Origin: Somniosus microcephalus
Lineage: Eukaryota
Assembly: GCA_052327205.1 (NCBI GenBank)
Contig: CM126214.1
Coordinates: 32,612,001 to 32,676,000 of the forward strand
Length of the DNA stretch: 64,000 nt
Direction: 5' to 3'
Within the stretch, counting starts at the first letter, position 1. Each line of letters opens with the position of its first letter. This document shows, piece after piece, positions 27,001 to 42,000 of the stretch. A program made the position numbers and the translations under genes. Below the pieces are notes generated by a model. The model did not search any database. It had not been told where the DNA came from and saw only the letters and a list, made by a program, of their open reading frames with translations.

Positions 27001-30000
27001 TCCATCATCTCCACTGTCAACATTGTCATCTTCTGGTACAGCAGTGACAATAAATTCTATATCAACGCCACCAATTTCACAACCAGAATCATCTTCCCCG
27101 ACAAGCACGACAGTGACACTTGCTCCAACTGAAACAGGTACGAGTGCAATGATGACACCACAATTTGTAAAACACTGCAAGTAAGGTTATTGAGCTAAGA
27201 ATTTGTGAAAGGTTGGATTCGAAGGCAAAATTCCCCAGTTCCATGCTCCAGGCAGTTAGACGTCTTGAAGGCAGCACTGCTCAAAGAGAGGGCTGTAATC
27301 CTGATCGTCGAGGCCACAGTCACCTTAACCACAGATTCTCACTGGGGGCTTTGGAATACACAATCTGCCTTATAAAGATTGCAAAGGGATAGAATTCCGT
27401 TCTTTTCAAAAAGGAGTTGAGGACAGCTCCATTAACCATATTCCTTTTCATTTACAGCAAGCATTACACAATTAACATCTACATTGCTCAGTACAACAGA
27501 GCCAGCAAATTCATCACCAACACAATCGTCTTCAACAGCAAGCACTACTGTGACATTAAGCGCAATGGAAACAAGTAAGTCAAAACAATTATACAACACA
27601 TTGGGGAACAACAGTTTGCAGTTCTCTCTTTTAATTCATTGTTTGTTTTACAATGTGGAGTTGCATTAAAGAGAGCAAGTTGAAATTCTGAGTCATGCAT
27701 CAAGAAACTGTGTTTGATACGTCCATGCACAACATGGATTGCAGAATTCACGCGCATAACTGATTCTATTCTTTCAATAGGTGCATCAACTGCAGCCACA
27801 TCAACTACTTCTGGGTCAGCAGAAATAACATCTGCACAGGCAACACCTTCATCTGGCAGTACAGTGCAGCCAACAAATTCCATATCAAGAAGACCAAGCT
27901 CAGTAACACAATCACCTTCACCAGGAAGCACAACAGTGATATCAGTTACCAGTGAAAAAGGTAGGATGGAAACCATTGCAGCATTTTGTCGAACACTATT
28001 TGTCACAGCAAGGCTTTTAGAAATTCAGAAAAATGGATTGAAAAGTTCGCAAACATAGATATTATTATTGTTCTTTCAAAAGGTGCATCAAGTGTAGCAG
28101 CATCAACTCCAATCACATCATCTCCAGAAAAAACTCCACATTCATCTGTGTTGCCAGTCAGTACAAAAGAGACAACAAATTCCCCACCAACACAATCGTC
28201 TCCATTAACAAGCAGCACTGGAACATTATTCACAACTGAAACAAGTAAGGCAAAGTCAATTATGAAATACATGGTGTACAAGATGGAATTTACGGCCCAG
28301 AAAAATAAAAGCTTTTTTTCTTTCTAAAGGTGGGTCAAGTACAGTGCGATCATCTGCCATTGTGTCAAGTCCATCATCTCCACTGTCAACATTGTCTTCT
28401 TCTGGTACAGCAGTGACAATAAATTCTATATCAACGCCACCAATTTCACAACCAGAATCATCTTCCCCGACAAGCACTACATTGACATTTGCTACAACTG
28501 AAACAGGTACGAGTGAAATGATGACACCACAATTTGTAAAACACTGCAAGTAAGGTTATTGAGCTAAGAATTTGTGAAAGGTTGGATTCGAAGGCAAAAT
28601 TCCCCAGTTCCATGCTCCAGGCAGTTAGACGTCTTGAAGGCAGCACTGCTCACAGAGAGGGCTGTAATCCTGATCGTCAAGGCCACAGTCACCTTAACCA
28701 CAGATTCTCACTGGGGGCTTTGGAATATACAATCTGCCCTATAAAGATTGCAAAAGGATAGAATTCCGTTCTTTCCAAAAAGGAGTTGAGGACAGCTCCA
28801 TTAACCATATTCCTTTTCATTTACAGCAAGCGTTACCCAGTTAACATCTACATTGCTCAGTACAACAGAGCCAGCAAATTCATCACCAACGCAATCGTCT
28901 TCAACAGCAAGCACTACTGTGAGATTAAGCACAACGGAAACAAGTAAGTCAAAACAATTATACAACACATTGGGGAACAACAGTTTGCAGTTCTCTCTTT
29001 TAATTCATTGTTTGTTTTACAATGTGGAGTTGCATTAAAGAGAGCAAGTTGAAATTCTGAGTCATGCATCAAGAAACTGTGTTTGATACGTCCATGCACA
29101 ACATGGATTGCAGAATTCACGCGCATAACTGATTCTATTCTTTCAATAGGTGCATCAACTGCAGCCACATCAACTACTTCTGGGTCAGCAGAAATAACAT
29201 CTGCACAGGCAACACCTTCATCTGGCAGTACAGTGCAGCCAACAAATTCCATATCAACAAGACCAAGCTCAGTAACACAATCATCTTCACCAGGAAGCAC
29301 AACAGTGACATCAGTTACCAGTGAAAAAGGTAGGATGGAATCCATTGCAGCACTTTGTCGAACACTAGTTGTCACGGCAAGGCTTTTAGAAATTCAGAAA
29401 AATGGATTGAAAAGTTCCCATACTTAGATATTACTGTTCTTTCAAAAGGTGCATCAAGTGTAGCAGCATCAACTCCAATCACATCATCTCCAGAAAAAAC
29501 TCCACATTCATCTGTGTTGCCCGTCAGTACAAAAGAGACAACAAATTCCCCACCAACACAATCGTCTCCATTAACAAGCAGTACTGGAACATTATTCACA
29601 ACTGAAACAAGTAAGACAAAGTCAATTATGAAATACATGGTGTACAAGATGGAATTTACGGCCCAGAAAAATAAAAGCTTTTTTTCGTTCTAAAGGTGGG
29701 TCAAGTACAGTGCGATCATCTGCCATTGTGTCAACTCCATCATCTCCACTGTCAACATTGTCATCTTCTGGTACAGCAGTGACAATAAATTCTATATCAA
29801 CGCCACCAATTTCACAACCAGAATCATCTTCCCCGACAAGCACGACAGTGACACTTGCTCCAACTGAAACAGGTACGAGTGCAATGATGACACCACAATT
29901 TGTAAAACACTGCAAGTAAGGTTATTGAGCTAAGAATTTGTGAAAGGTTGGATTCGAAGGCAAAATTCCCCAGTTCCATGCTCCAGGCAGTTAGACGTCT

Positions 30001-33000
30001 TGAAGGCAGCACTGCTCAAAGAGAGGGCTGTAATCCTGATCGTCGAGGCCACAGTCACCTTAACCACAGATTCTCACTGGGGGCTTTGGAATACACAATC
30101 TGCCTTATAAAGATTGCAAAGGGATAGAATTCCGTTCTTTCCAAAAAGGAGTTGAGGACAGCTCCATTAACCATATTCCTTTTCATTTACAGCAAGCATT
30201 ACACAATTAACATCTACATTGCTCAGTACAACAGAGCCAGCAAATTCATCACCAACACAATCGTCTTCAACAGCAAGCACTACTGTGACATTAAGCGCAA
30301 TGGAAACAAGTAAGTCAAAACAATTATACAACACATTGGGGAACAACAGTTTGCAGTTCTCTCTTTTAATTCATTGTTTGTTTTACAATGTGGAGTTGCA
30401 TTAAAGAGAGCAAGTTGAAATTCTGAGTCATGCATCAAGAAACTGTGTTTGATACGTCCATGCACAACATGGATTGCAGAATTCACGCGCATAACTGATT
30501 CTATTCTTTCAATAGGTGCATCAACTGCAGCCACATCAACTACTTCTGGGTCAGCAGAAATAACATCTGCACAGGCAACACCTTCATCTGGCAGTACAGT
30601 GCAGCCAACAAATTCCATATCAACAAGACCAAGCTCAGTAACACAATCACCTTCACCAGGAAGCACAACAGTGATATCAGTTACCAGTGAAAAAGGTAGG
30701 ATGGAAACCATTGCAGCATTTTGTCGAACACTATTTGTCACGGCAAGGCTTTTAGAAATTCAGAAAAATGGATTGAAAAGTTCGCAAACATAGATATTAT
30801 TATTGTTCTTTCAAAAGGTGCATCAAGTGTAGCAGCATCAACTCCAATCACATCATCTCCAGAAAAAACTCCACATTCATCTCTGTTGCCAGTCAGTACA
30901 AAAGAGACAACAAATTCCCCACCAACACAATCGTCTCCATTAACAAGCAGCACTGGAACATTATTCACAACTGAAACAAGTAAGGCAAAGTCAATTATGA
31001 AATACATGGTGTACAAGATGGAATTTACGGCCCAGAAAAATAAAAGCTTTTTTTCTTTCTAAAGGTGGGTCAAGTACAGTGCGATCATCTGCCATTGTGT
31101 CAAGTCCATCATCTCCACTGTCAACATTGTCTTCTTCTGGTACAGCAGTGACAATAAATTCTATATCAACGCCACCAATTTCACAACCAGAATCATCTTC
31201 CCCGACAAGCACTACATTGACATTTGCTACAACTGAAACAGGTACGAGTGAAATGATGACACCACAATTTGTAAAACACTGCAAGTAAGGTTATTGAGCT
31301 AAGAATTTGTGAAAGGTTGGATTTGAAGGCAAAATTCCCCAGTTCCATGCTCCAGGCAGTTAGACGTCTTGAAGGCAGCACTGCTCACAGAGAGGGCTGT
31401 AATCCTGATCGTCAAGGCCACAGTCACCTTAACCACAGATTCTCACTGGGGGCTTTGGAATATACAATCTGCCCTATAAAGATTGCAAAAGGATAGAATT
31501 CCGTTCTTTCCAAAAAGGAGTTGAGGACAGCTCCATTAACCATATTCCTTTTCATTTACAGCAAGCGTTACCCAGTTAACATCTACATTGCTCAGTACAA
31601 CAGAGCCAGCAAATTCATCACCAACGCAATCGTCTTCAACAGCAAGCACTACTGTGAGATTAAGCACAACGGAAACAAGTAAGTCAAAACAATTATACAA
31701 CACATTGGGGAACAACAGTTTGCAGTTCTCTCTTTTAATTCATTGTTTGTTTTACAATGTGGAGTTGCATTAAAGAGAGCAAGTTGAAATTCTGAGTCAT
31801 GCATCAAGAAACTGTGTTTGATACGTCCATGCACAACATGGATTGCAGAATTCACGCGCATAACTGATTCTATTCTTTCAATAGGTGCATCAACTGCAGC
31901 CACATCAACTACTTCTGGGTCAGCAGAAATAACATCTGCACAGGCAACACCTTCATCTGGCAGTACAGTGCAGCCAACAAATTCCATATCAACAAGACCA
32001 AGCTCAGTAACACAATCATCTTCACCAGGAAGCACAACAGTGACATCAGTTACCAGTGAAACAGGTAGGATGGAAACCATTGCAACACTTTGTCGAACAC
32101 TATTTGTCACGGCAAGGATTTTAGAAGTTCAGAAAAATGGATTGAAAAGTTCACAAACCTAGATATTACTGTTCTTTCAAAAGGTGCATCAAGTGTAGCA
32201 GCATCAACTCCAATCACATCATCTCCAGAAAAAACTCCACATTCATCTGTGTTGCCCGTCAGTATAAAAGAGACAACAAATTCCCCACCAACACAATCGT
32301 CTCCATTAACAAGCAGTACTGGAACATTATTCACAACTGAAACAAGTAAGACAAAGTCAATTATGAAATACATGGTGTACAAGATGGAATTTACGGCCCA
32401 GAAAAATAAAAGCTTTTTTTCGTTCTAAAGGTGGGTCAAGTACAGTGCGATCATCTGCCATTGTGTCAACTCCATCATCTCCACTGTCAACATTGTCATC
32501 TTCTGGTACAGCAGTGACAATAAATTCTACATCAACGCCACCAATTTCACAACCAGAATCATCTTCCCCGACAAGCACGACAGTGACACTTGCTACAACT
32601 GAAACAGGTACGAGTGAAATGATGACACCACAATTTGTAAAACACTGCAAGTAAGGTTATTGAGCTAAGATTTTTTAAAGGTTGGATTGGAAGGCAAAAT
32701 TCCCCAGTTCCATGCTCCAGGCAGTTAGACGTCTTGAAGGCAGCACTGCTCAAAGAGAGGGCTGTAATCCTGATCGTCGAGGCCACAGTCACCTTAACCA
32801 CAGATTCTCACTGGGGGCTTTGGAATACACAATCTGCCTTATAAAGATTGCAAAGGGATAGAATTCCGTTCTTTCCAAAAAGGAGTTGAGGACAGCTCCA
32901 TTAACCATATTCCTTTTCATTTACAGCAAGCATTACACAATTAACATCTACATTGCTCAGTACAACAGAGCCAGCAAATTCATCACCAACACAATCGTCT

Positions 33001-36000
33001 TCAACAGCAAGCACTACTGTGACATTAAGCACAATGGAAACAAGTAAGTCAAAACAATTATGCAACACATTGGGGAACAACAGATTGCAGTTCTCTCTTT
33101 TAATTCATTGTTTGTTTTACAATGTGGAGTTGCATTAAAGAGAGCAAGTTGAAATTCTGAGTCATGCATCAAGAAACTGTATTTGATACGTCCATGCACA
33201 ATATGGATTGCAGAATTCACGCGCATAACTGATACTATTCTTTCAATAGGTGCATCAACTGCAGCCACCTCAACTACTTCTGGGTCAGCAGAAATAACAT
33301 CTGCACAGGCAACACCTTCATCTGGCAGTACAGTGCAGCCAACAAATTCCATATCAACAAGACCAAGCTCAGTAACAGAATCACCTTCACCAGGAAGCAC
33401 AGCAGTGATATCAGTTACCAGTGAAAAAGGTAGGATGGAAACCATTGCAGCATTTTGTCGAACACTATTTGTCACGGCAAGGCTTTTAGAAATTCAGAAA
33501 AATGGATTGAAAAGTTCGCAAACATAGATATTATTACTGTTCTTTCAAAAGGTGCATCAAGTGTAGCAGCATCAACTCCAATCACATCATCTGCAGAAAA
33601 AACTCCACATTCATCTGTGTTGCCCGTCAGTACAAATGAGGCAACAAATTCCCCACCAACACAATCGTCTCCATTAACAAGCAGTACTGGAACATTATTC
33701 ACAACTGAAACAAGTCAGACAATGTCAATTATGAAATACATGGCGTACAATATGGAATTTACGGCCCAGAAAAATAAAAGCTTTTTTTCTTTCTAAAGGT
33801 GAGTCAAGTACAGTGCGATCATCTGCCATTGTGTCAACTCCATCATCTCCACTGTCAACATTGTCATCTTCTGGTACAGCAGTGACAACAAATTCTATAT
33901 CAACACCACCAATTTCACAATCAGAATCATCTTCCCCGACAAGCACGACAGTGTCACTTGCTCCAAATGAAACAGGTACGAGTGAAATGATGACACCAAA
34001 ATTTGTAAAACACTGCAATTAAGGTTATTGAGCTAAGAGTTTGTGAAAGGTTGGATTCGAAGGCAAAATTCCCCAGTTCCATGCTCCAGGCAGTTAGACG
34101 TCTTGAAGGCAGCACTGCTCACAGAGAGGGCTGAAATCCTAATCGTGGAGGGCACAGTCACCTTAACCACAGATTCTCACTGGGGGCTTTGGACTACACA
34201 ATCTGCCCTATAAAGATTGCAAAGGATAGAATTCCTTTCTTTCCAAATAGGAGTTCAGGACAGCTCCATTAACCATATTCCTTTCATTTACAGCAAGCAT
34301 TACACAATTAACATCTACATTGCTCAGTACAACAGAGCCAGCAAATTCATCACCAACACAATCGTCTTCAACAGCAAGCACTACTGTGACATTAAGCACA
34401 ATGGAAACAAGTAAGTCAAAACAATTATACAACACATTGGGGAACAACAGTTTGCAGTTCTCTCTTTTAATTCATTGTTTGTTTTACAATGTGGAGTTGC
34501 ATTAAAGAGAGCAAGTTGAAATTCTGAGTCATGCATCAAGAAACTGTATTTGATACGTCCATGCACAACATGATTGCAGAATTCACGCGCATAACTGATA
34601 CTATTCTTTCAATAGGTGCATCTACTGCAGCCACATCAACTACTTCTGGGTCAGCAGAAATAACATCTGCACAGGCAACACCTTCATCTGGCAGTACAGT
34701 GCAGCCAACAAATTCCATATCAACAAGACCAAGCTCAGTAACACAATCACCTTCACCAGGAAGCACAACAGTGATATCAGTTACCAGTGAAAAAGGTAGG
34801 ATGGAAACCATTGCAACACTTTGTCGAACACTATTTGTCACGGCAAGGCTTTTAGAAATTCAGAAAAATGGATTGAAAAGTTCACAAACATAGATATTAC
34901 TGTTCTTTCAAAAGGTGCGTCAAGTGTAGCAGCATCAACTCCAATCACATCATCTCCAGAAAAATCTCCACATTCATCTGTGTTGCCCGTCAGTACAAAA
35001 GAGACAACAAATTCCCCACCAACACAATCGTCTCCATTAACAAGCAGTACTGGAACATTATTCACAACTGAAACAATTAAGACAAAGTCAATTATGAAAT
35101 ACATGGTGTACAAGATGGAATTTACGGCCCAGAAAAATAAAAGCTTTTTTTCTTTCTAAAGGTGGGTCAAGTACAGTGCGATCATCTGCCATCGTGTCAA
35201 CGCCATCATCTCCACTGTCAACATTGTCATCTTCTGGTACAGCAGTGAAAATAAATTATATATCAACGCCACCAATTTCACAACCAGAATCATCTTCCCC
35301 GACAAGCACGACAGTGACACTTGCTACAACTGAAACAGGTACGAGTGAAATGATGACACCACAATTTGTAAAACACTGCAAGTAAGGTTATTGAGCTAAG
35401 AATTTGTGAAAGGTTGGATTGGAAGGCAAAATTCCCCAGTTCCATGCTCCAGGCAGTTAGACGTCTTGAAGGCAGCACTGCTCACAGAGAGGGCTGTAAT
35501 GCTGATCGTCGAGGCCACAGTCACCTTAACCACAGATTCCCACTGGGGGCTTTGGACTGTACAATCTGCCCTAAAAAGATTGCAAAGGGATAGAATTCTG
35601 TTCTTTCCAAAAAGGAGTTGAGGACAGCTCCATTAACCATATTCCTTTTCATTTACAGCAAGCATTACACAGTTAACATCTACATTGCTCAGTACAACAG
35701 AGCCAGCAAATTCATCACCAACACAATCGTCTTCAACAGCAAGCACTACTGTGACATTAAGCACAACGGAAACAAGTAAGTCAAAACAATTAAACAACAC
35801 ATTGTGGAACTACAGTTTGCAGTTCTCTCTTTTAATTCATTGTTTGTTTTACAATGTGGAGTTGCATTAAAGAGAGCAAGTTGAAATTCTGCGTCATGCA
35901 TCAGGAAACTGTATTTGATACGTCCATGCACAACATGGATTGCAGAATCCACGCGCATAACTGATACTATTCTTTCAACAGGTGCATCAACTGCAGCCAC

Positions 36001-39000
36001 ATCAACTACTTCTGGGTCAGCAGAAATAACATCTGCACAGGCAACACCTTCATCTGGCAGTACAGTGCAGCCAACAAATTCCATATCAACAAGACCAAGC
36101 TCAGTAACACAATCATCTTCACCAGGAAGCACAACAGTGACATCAGTTACCAGTGAAAAAGGTAGGATGGAAACCATTGCAGCACTTTGTCGAACACTAT
36201 TTGTCACGGCAAGGCTTTTAGAAATTCAGAAAAATGGATTGAAAAGTTCACAAACATAGATATTACTTTTCTTTTAAAAGGTGCGTCAAGTGTAGCAGCA
36301 TCAACTCCAATTGCATTATCTCCAGAAAAAACTCCACATTCATCAGTGCTACCCGTCAGTACAAGAGAGACAGCAAATTCCCCACCAACACAATCGTCTC
36401 CATTAACAAGCAGTACTGGAACATTATTCACAACTGAAACAAGTAAGACAAAGTCAATTATGCAATACATGGTGTACAAGATGGAATTTACGGCCCAGAA
36501 AAATAAAAGCTTTTTTTCTTTCTAAAGGTGGGTCAAGATCATCTGCCATTGTGTCAACTCCATCATCACCACTGTCAACATTGTCATCTTCTGGTACAGC
36601 AGTGACAATCAATTATGTATCAACGCCACCAATTTCACAACCAGAATCATCTTCCCCGACAAGCACGACAGTGACACTTGCTACAACTGAAACAGGTACG
36701 AGTGAAATGATGACACCACAATTTGTAAAACACTGCAAGTAAGGTTATTGAGCTAAGAATTTGTGAAAGGTTGGATTCGAAGGCAAAATTCCGCAGTTCC
36801 ATGCTGCAGGCAGTTAGACGTCTTGAAGGCAGCACTGCTCACAGAGAGGGCTGTAATCCTGATCGTCGAGGCCACAGTCACCTTAACCACAGATTCTCAC
36901 TGGGGGCTTTGGACTATACAATCTGCCCTATAAAGATTGCAAAGGGATAGAATTCCGTTCTTTCCAAAAAGGAGTTGAGGACAGCTCCATTAACCATATT
37001 CCTTTTCATTTACAGCAAGCATTACACAGTTAACATCTACATTGCTCAGTACAACAGAGCCAGCAAATTCATCACCAACACAATCGTCTTCAACAGCAAG
37101 CACTACTGTGACATTAAGCACAACGGAAACAAGTAAGACAAAACAATTATACAACACATTGGGGAACAACAGTTTGCAGTTCTCTCTTTTAATTCATTGT
37201 TTGTTTTACAATGTGGAGTTGCATTAAAGAGAGCAAGTTGAAATTCTGAGTCATGCATCAAGAAACTTTGGCCTAGAAATTCTGTGGGCTTTGCGCCCAG
37301 TTAAGGCCCAAAGAGGGCTTCTGCACCAGTAGAGGAGGTTGCGCTGATATTGAGCTCGGCGGTAATAGCGGCGGTAGCCGGTAGCGCTGCGCCGGCACCG
37401 ATGACATCATCGGTGTGCGCAGTGCCCCGTTTCTGCCCCGATGCCGGCCCGACCCCCATATTCAGTTGCCGCCGCCTCCTCTGTGGCGGCCGCCACTAAC
37501 CTCCGGAGACCAGGGCCTTACTGCAGCCTTAGCGGGGCGCATAAAGGTGGAGGAGCGGCCGGCCGCTTTTTCGGCAGCCGCCTGCCCGCACCTCCATCCC
37601 CGGCCTCCTCCACCACCCCCCATTGCCGGCTGCTTTCCACGAGCCCGGCACTTCTCCGTGGTGCCAGGCTCATTTGCCGGCACAATCCAGCGGCGATCTC
37701 CCCGTTGCAGGCACCTCCACCTTAAGAGAAAGAGGAGGCCTGCAGTACCGCAGCCTGCCGCACCGCATCGGGTGGCGCAGCGGCACCTAGAGCGCAGAAA
37801 TTCAGTTTCAGCGCCCCAAGCGGGGGCGGGCACACCCTGGAATAGCGCCCAGTTCCGACTTGGGGCGCAAAAACTGAATATCTGACGGTCGCAACTGACT
37901 CCGCGCCCAGCGCTAACTTTTGGGTGCTAGCCAGCTTGCGGGGCCATAGTGAATTTCTAGGCCTGTATTTGATACGTCCATGCACAACATGGATTGCAGA
38001 ATTCACGCGCATAACTGATACTATTCTTTCAATAGGTGCATCAACTGCGGCCACATCAACTACTTCTGGGTCAGCAGAAATAACATCTGCACAGGCAACA
38101 TCGTCATCTGGCAGTACAGTGCAGCCAACAAATTCCATATCAACAAGACCAAGCTCAGTAACACAATCATCTTCACCAGGAAGCACAACAGTGATATCAG
38201 TTACCAGTGAAAAAGGTAGGATGGAAACCATTGCAGCATTTTGTCGAACACTATTTGTCACGGCAAGGCTTTTAGAAATTCAGAAAAATGGATTGAAAAA
38301 TTCACAAACATAGACATTACTGTTCTTTCAAAAGGTGCATCTAGTGTAGCAGCATCAACTCCGATCACATCATCTCCAGAAAAAACTCCACATTCATCTG
38401 TGTTGCCCGTCAGTACAAAAGAGGCAACAAATTCCCCACCAACACAATCGTCTCCATTAACAAGCAGTACTGGAACATTATTCACAACTGAAACAAGTAA
38501 GACAAAGTCAATTATGCAATACATGGTGTACAAGATGGAATTTACGGCCCAGAAAAATAAAAGCTTTTTTTCTTTCTAAAGGTGGGTCAAGTAGAGTGCA
38601 ATCATCTGCCATTGTGTCAACTCCATCATCTCCACTGTCAACATTGTCATCTTCTGGTACAGCAGTGACAATAAATTATGTATCAACGCCACCAATTTCA
38701 CAACCAGAATCATCTTCCCCGACAAGCACGACAGTGACACTTGCTACAACTGAAACAGGTACGAGTGAAATGATGACACCACAATTTGTAAAACACTGCA
38801 AGTAAGGTTATTGAGCTAAGAATTTGTGAAAGGTTGGATTCGAAGGCAAAATTCCGTAGTTCCATGCTCCAGGCAGTTAGACGTCTTGAAGGCAGCACTG
38901 CTCACAGAGAGGGCTGTAATCCTGATCGTCGAGGCCACAGTCACCTTAACCACAGATTCTCACTGGGGGCTTTCGACGATACAATCTGCCGTATAAAGAT

Positions 39001-42000
39001 TGCAAAGGGATAGAATTCCATTCTTTCCAAAAAGGAGTTGAGGACAGCTCCATTAACCATATTCCTTTTCATTTACAGCAAGCATTACACAGTTAACATC
39101 TACATTGCTCAGTACAACAGAGCCAGCAAATTCATCACCAACACAATCGTCTTCAACAGCAAGCACTACTGTGACATTAAGCACAACGGAAACAAGTAAG
39201 TCAAAACAATTATACAACACATTGGGGAACAACAGTTTGCAGTTCTCTCTTTTAATTCATTGTTTGTTTTAAAATGTGGAGTTGCATTAAAGAGAGCAAG
39301 TTGAAATTCTGAGTCATGCATCAAGAAACTGTATTTGATACATCCATGCACAACATGGATTGCAGAATTCACGCGCATAACTGATTCTATTCTTTCAATA
39401 GGTTCATCAACTGCAGCCACATCAACTACTTCTGGGTCAGCAGAAATAACATCTGCACAGGCAACACCTTCATCTGGCAGTACAGTGCAGCCAACAAATT
39501 CCATATCAAGAAGACCAAGCTCAGTAACACAATCACCTTCACCAGGAAGCACAACAGTGATATCAGTTACCAGTGAAAAAGGTAGGATGGAAACCATTGC
39601 AGCATTTTGTCGAACACTATTTGTCACGGCAAGGCTTTTAGAAATTCAGAAAAATGGATTGAAAAGTTCGCAAACATAGATATTATTATTGTTCTTTCAA
39701 AAGGTGCATCAAGTGTAGCAGCATCAACTCCAATCACATCATCTCCAGAAAAAACTCCACATTCATCTGTGTTGCCAGTCAGTACAAAAGAGACAACAAA
39801 TTCCCCACCAACACAATCGTCTCCATTAACAAGCAGCACTGGAACATTATTCACAACTGAAACAAGTAAGGCAAAGTCAATTATGAAATACATGGTGTAC
39901 AAGATGGAATTTACGGCCCAGAAAAATAAAAGCTTTTTTTCTTTCTAAAGGTGGGTCAAGTACAGTGCGATCATCTGCCATTGTGTCAAGTCCATCATCT
40001 CCACTGTCAACATTGTCTTCTTCTGGTACAGCAGTGACAATAAATTCTATATCAACGCCACCAATTTCACAACCAGAATCATCTTCCCCGACAAGCACTA
40101 CATTGACATTTGCTACAACTGAAACAGGTACGAGTGAAATGATGACACCACAATTTGTAAAACACTGCAAGTAAGGTTATTGAGCTAAGAATTTGTGAAA
40201 GGTTGGATTTGAAGGCAAAATTCCCCAGTTCCATGCTCCAGGCAGTTAGACGTCTTGAAGGCAGCACTGCTCACAGAGAGGGCTGTAATCCTGATCGTCA
40301 AGGCCACAGTCACCTTAACCACAGATTCTCACTGGGGGCTTTGGAATATACAATCTGCCCTATAAAGATTGCAAAAGGATAGAATTCCGTTCTTTCCAAA
40401 AAGGAGTTGAGGACAGCTCCATTAACCATATTCCTTTTCATTTACAGCAAGCGTTACCCAGTTAACATCTACATTGCTCAGTACAACAGAGCCAGCAAAT
40501 TCATCACCAACGCAATCGTCTTCAACAGCAAGCACTACTGTGAGATTAAGCACAACGGAAACAAGTAAGTCAAAACAATTATACAACACATTGGGGAACA
40601 ACAGTTTGCAGTTCTCTCTTTTAATTCATTGTTTGTTTTACAATGTGGAGTTGCATTAAAGAGAGCAAGTTGAAATTCTGAGTCATGCATCAAGAAACTG
40701 TGTTTGATACGTCCATGCACAACATGGATTGCAGAATTCACGCGCATAACTGATTCTATTCTTTCAATAGGTGCATCAACTGCAGCCACATCAACTACTT
40801 CTGGGTCAGCAGAAATAACATCTGCACAGGCAACACCTTCATCTGGCAGTACAGTGCAGCCAAGAAATTCCATATCAACAAGACCAAGCTCAGTAACACA
40901 ATCATCTTCACCAGGAAGCACAACAGTGACATCAGTTACCAGTGAAACAGGTAGGATGGAAACCATTGCAACACTTTGTCGAACACTATTTGTCACGGCA
41001 AGGATTTTAGAAGTTCAGAAAAATGGATTGAAAAGTTCACAAACCTAGATATTACTGTTCTTTCAAAAGGTGCATCAAGTGTAGCAGCATCAACTCCAAT
41101 CACATCATCTCCAGAAAAAACTCCACATTCATCTGTGTTGCCCGTCAGTACAAAAGAGACAACAAATTCCCCACCAACACAATCGTCTCCATTAACAAGC
41201 AGTACTGGAACATTATTCACAACTGAAACAAGTAAGACAAAGTCAATTATGAAATACATGGTGTACAAGATGGAATTTACGGCCCAGAAAAATAAAAGCT
41301 TTTTTTCGTTCTAAAGGTGGGTCAAGTACAGTGCGATCATCTGCCATTGTGTCAACTCCATCATCTCCACTGTCAACATTGTCATCTTCTGGTACAGCAG
41401 TGACAATAAATTCTACATCAACGCCACCAATTTCACAACCAGAATCATCTTCCCCGACAAGCACGACAGTGACACTTGCTACAACTGAAACAGGTACGAG
41501 TGAAATGATGACACCACAATTTGTAAAACACTGCAAGTAAGGTTATTGAGCTAAGATTTTTTAAAGGTTGGATTGGAAGGCAAAATTCCCCAGTTCCATG
41601 CTCCAGGCAGTTAGACGTCTTGAAGGCAGCACTGCTCAAAGAGAGGGCTGTAATCCTGATCGTCGAGGCCACAGTCACCTTAACCACAGATTCTCACTGG
41701 GGGCTTTGGAATACACAATCTGCCTTATAAAGATTGCAAAGGGATAGAATTCCGTTCTTTCCAAAAAGGAGTTGAGGACAGCTCCATTAACCATATTCCT
41801 TTTCATTTACAGCAAGCATTACACAATTAACATCTACATTGCTCAGTACAACAGAGCCAGCAAATTCATCACCAACACAATCGTCTTCAACAGCAAGCAC
41901 TACTGTGACATTAAGCACAATGGAAACAAGTAAGTCAAAACAATTATGCAACACATTGGGGAACAACAGATTGCAGTTCTCTCTTTTAATTCATTGTTTG

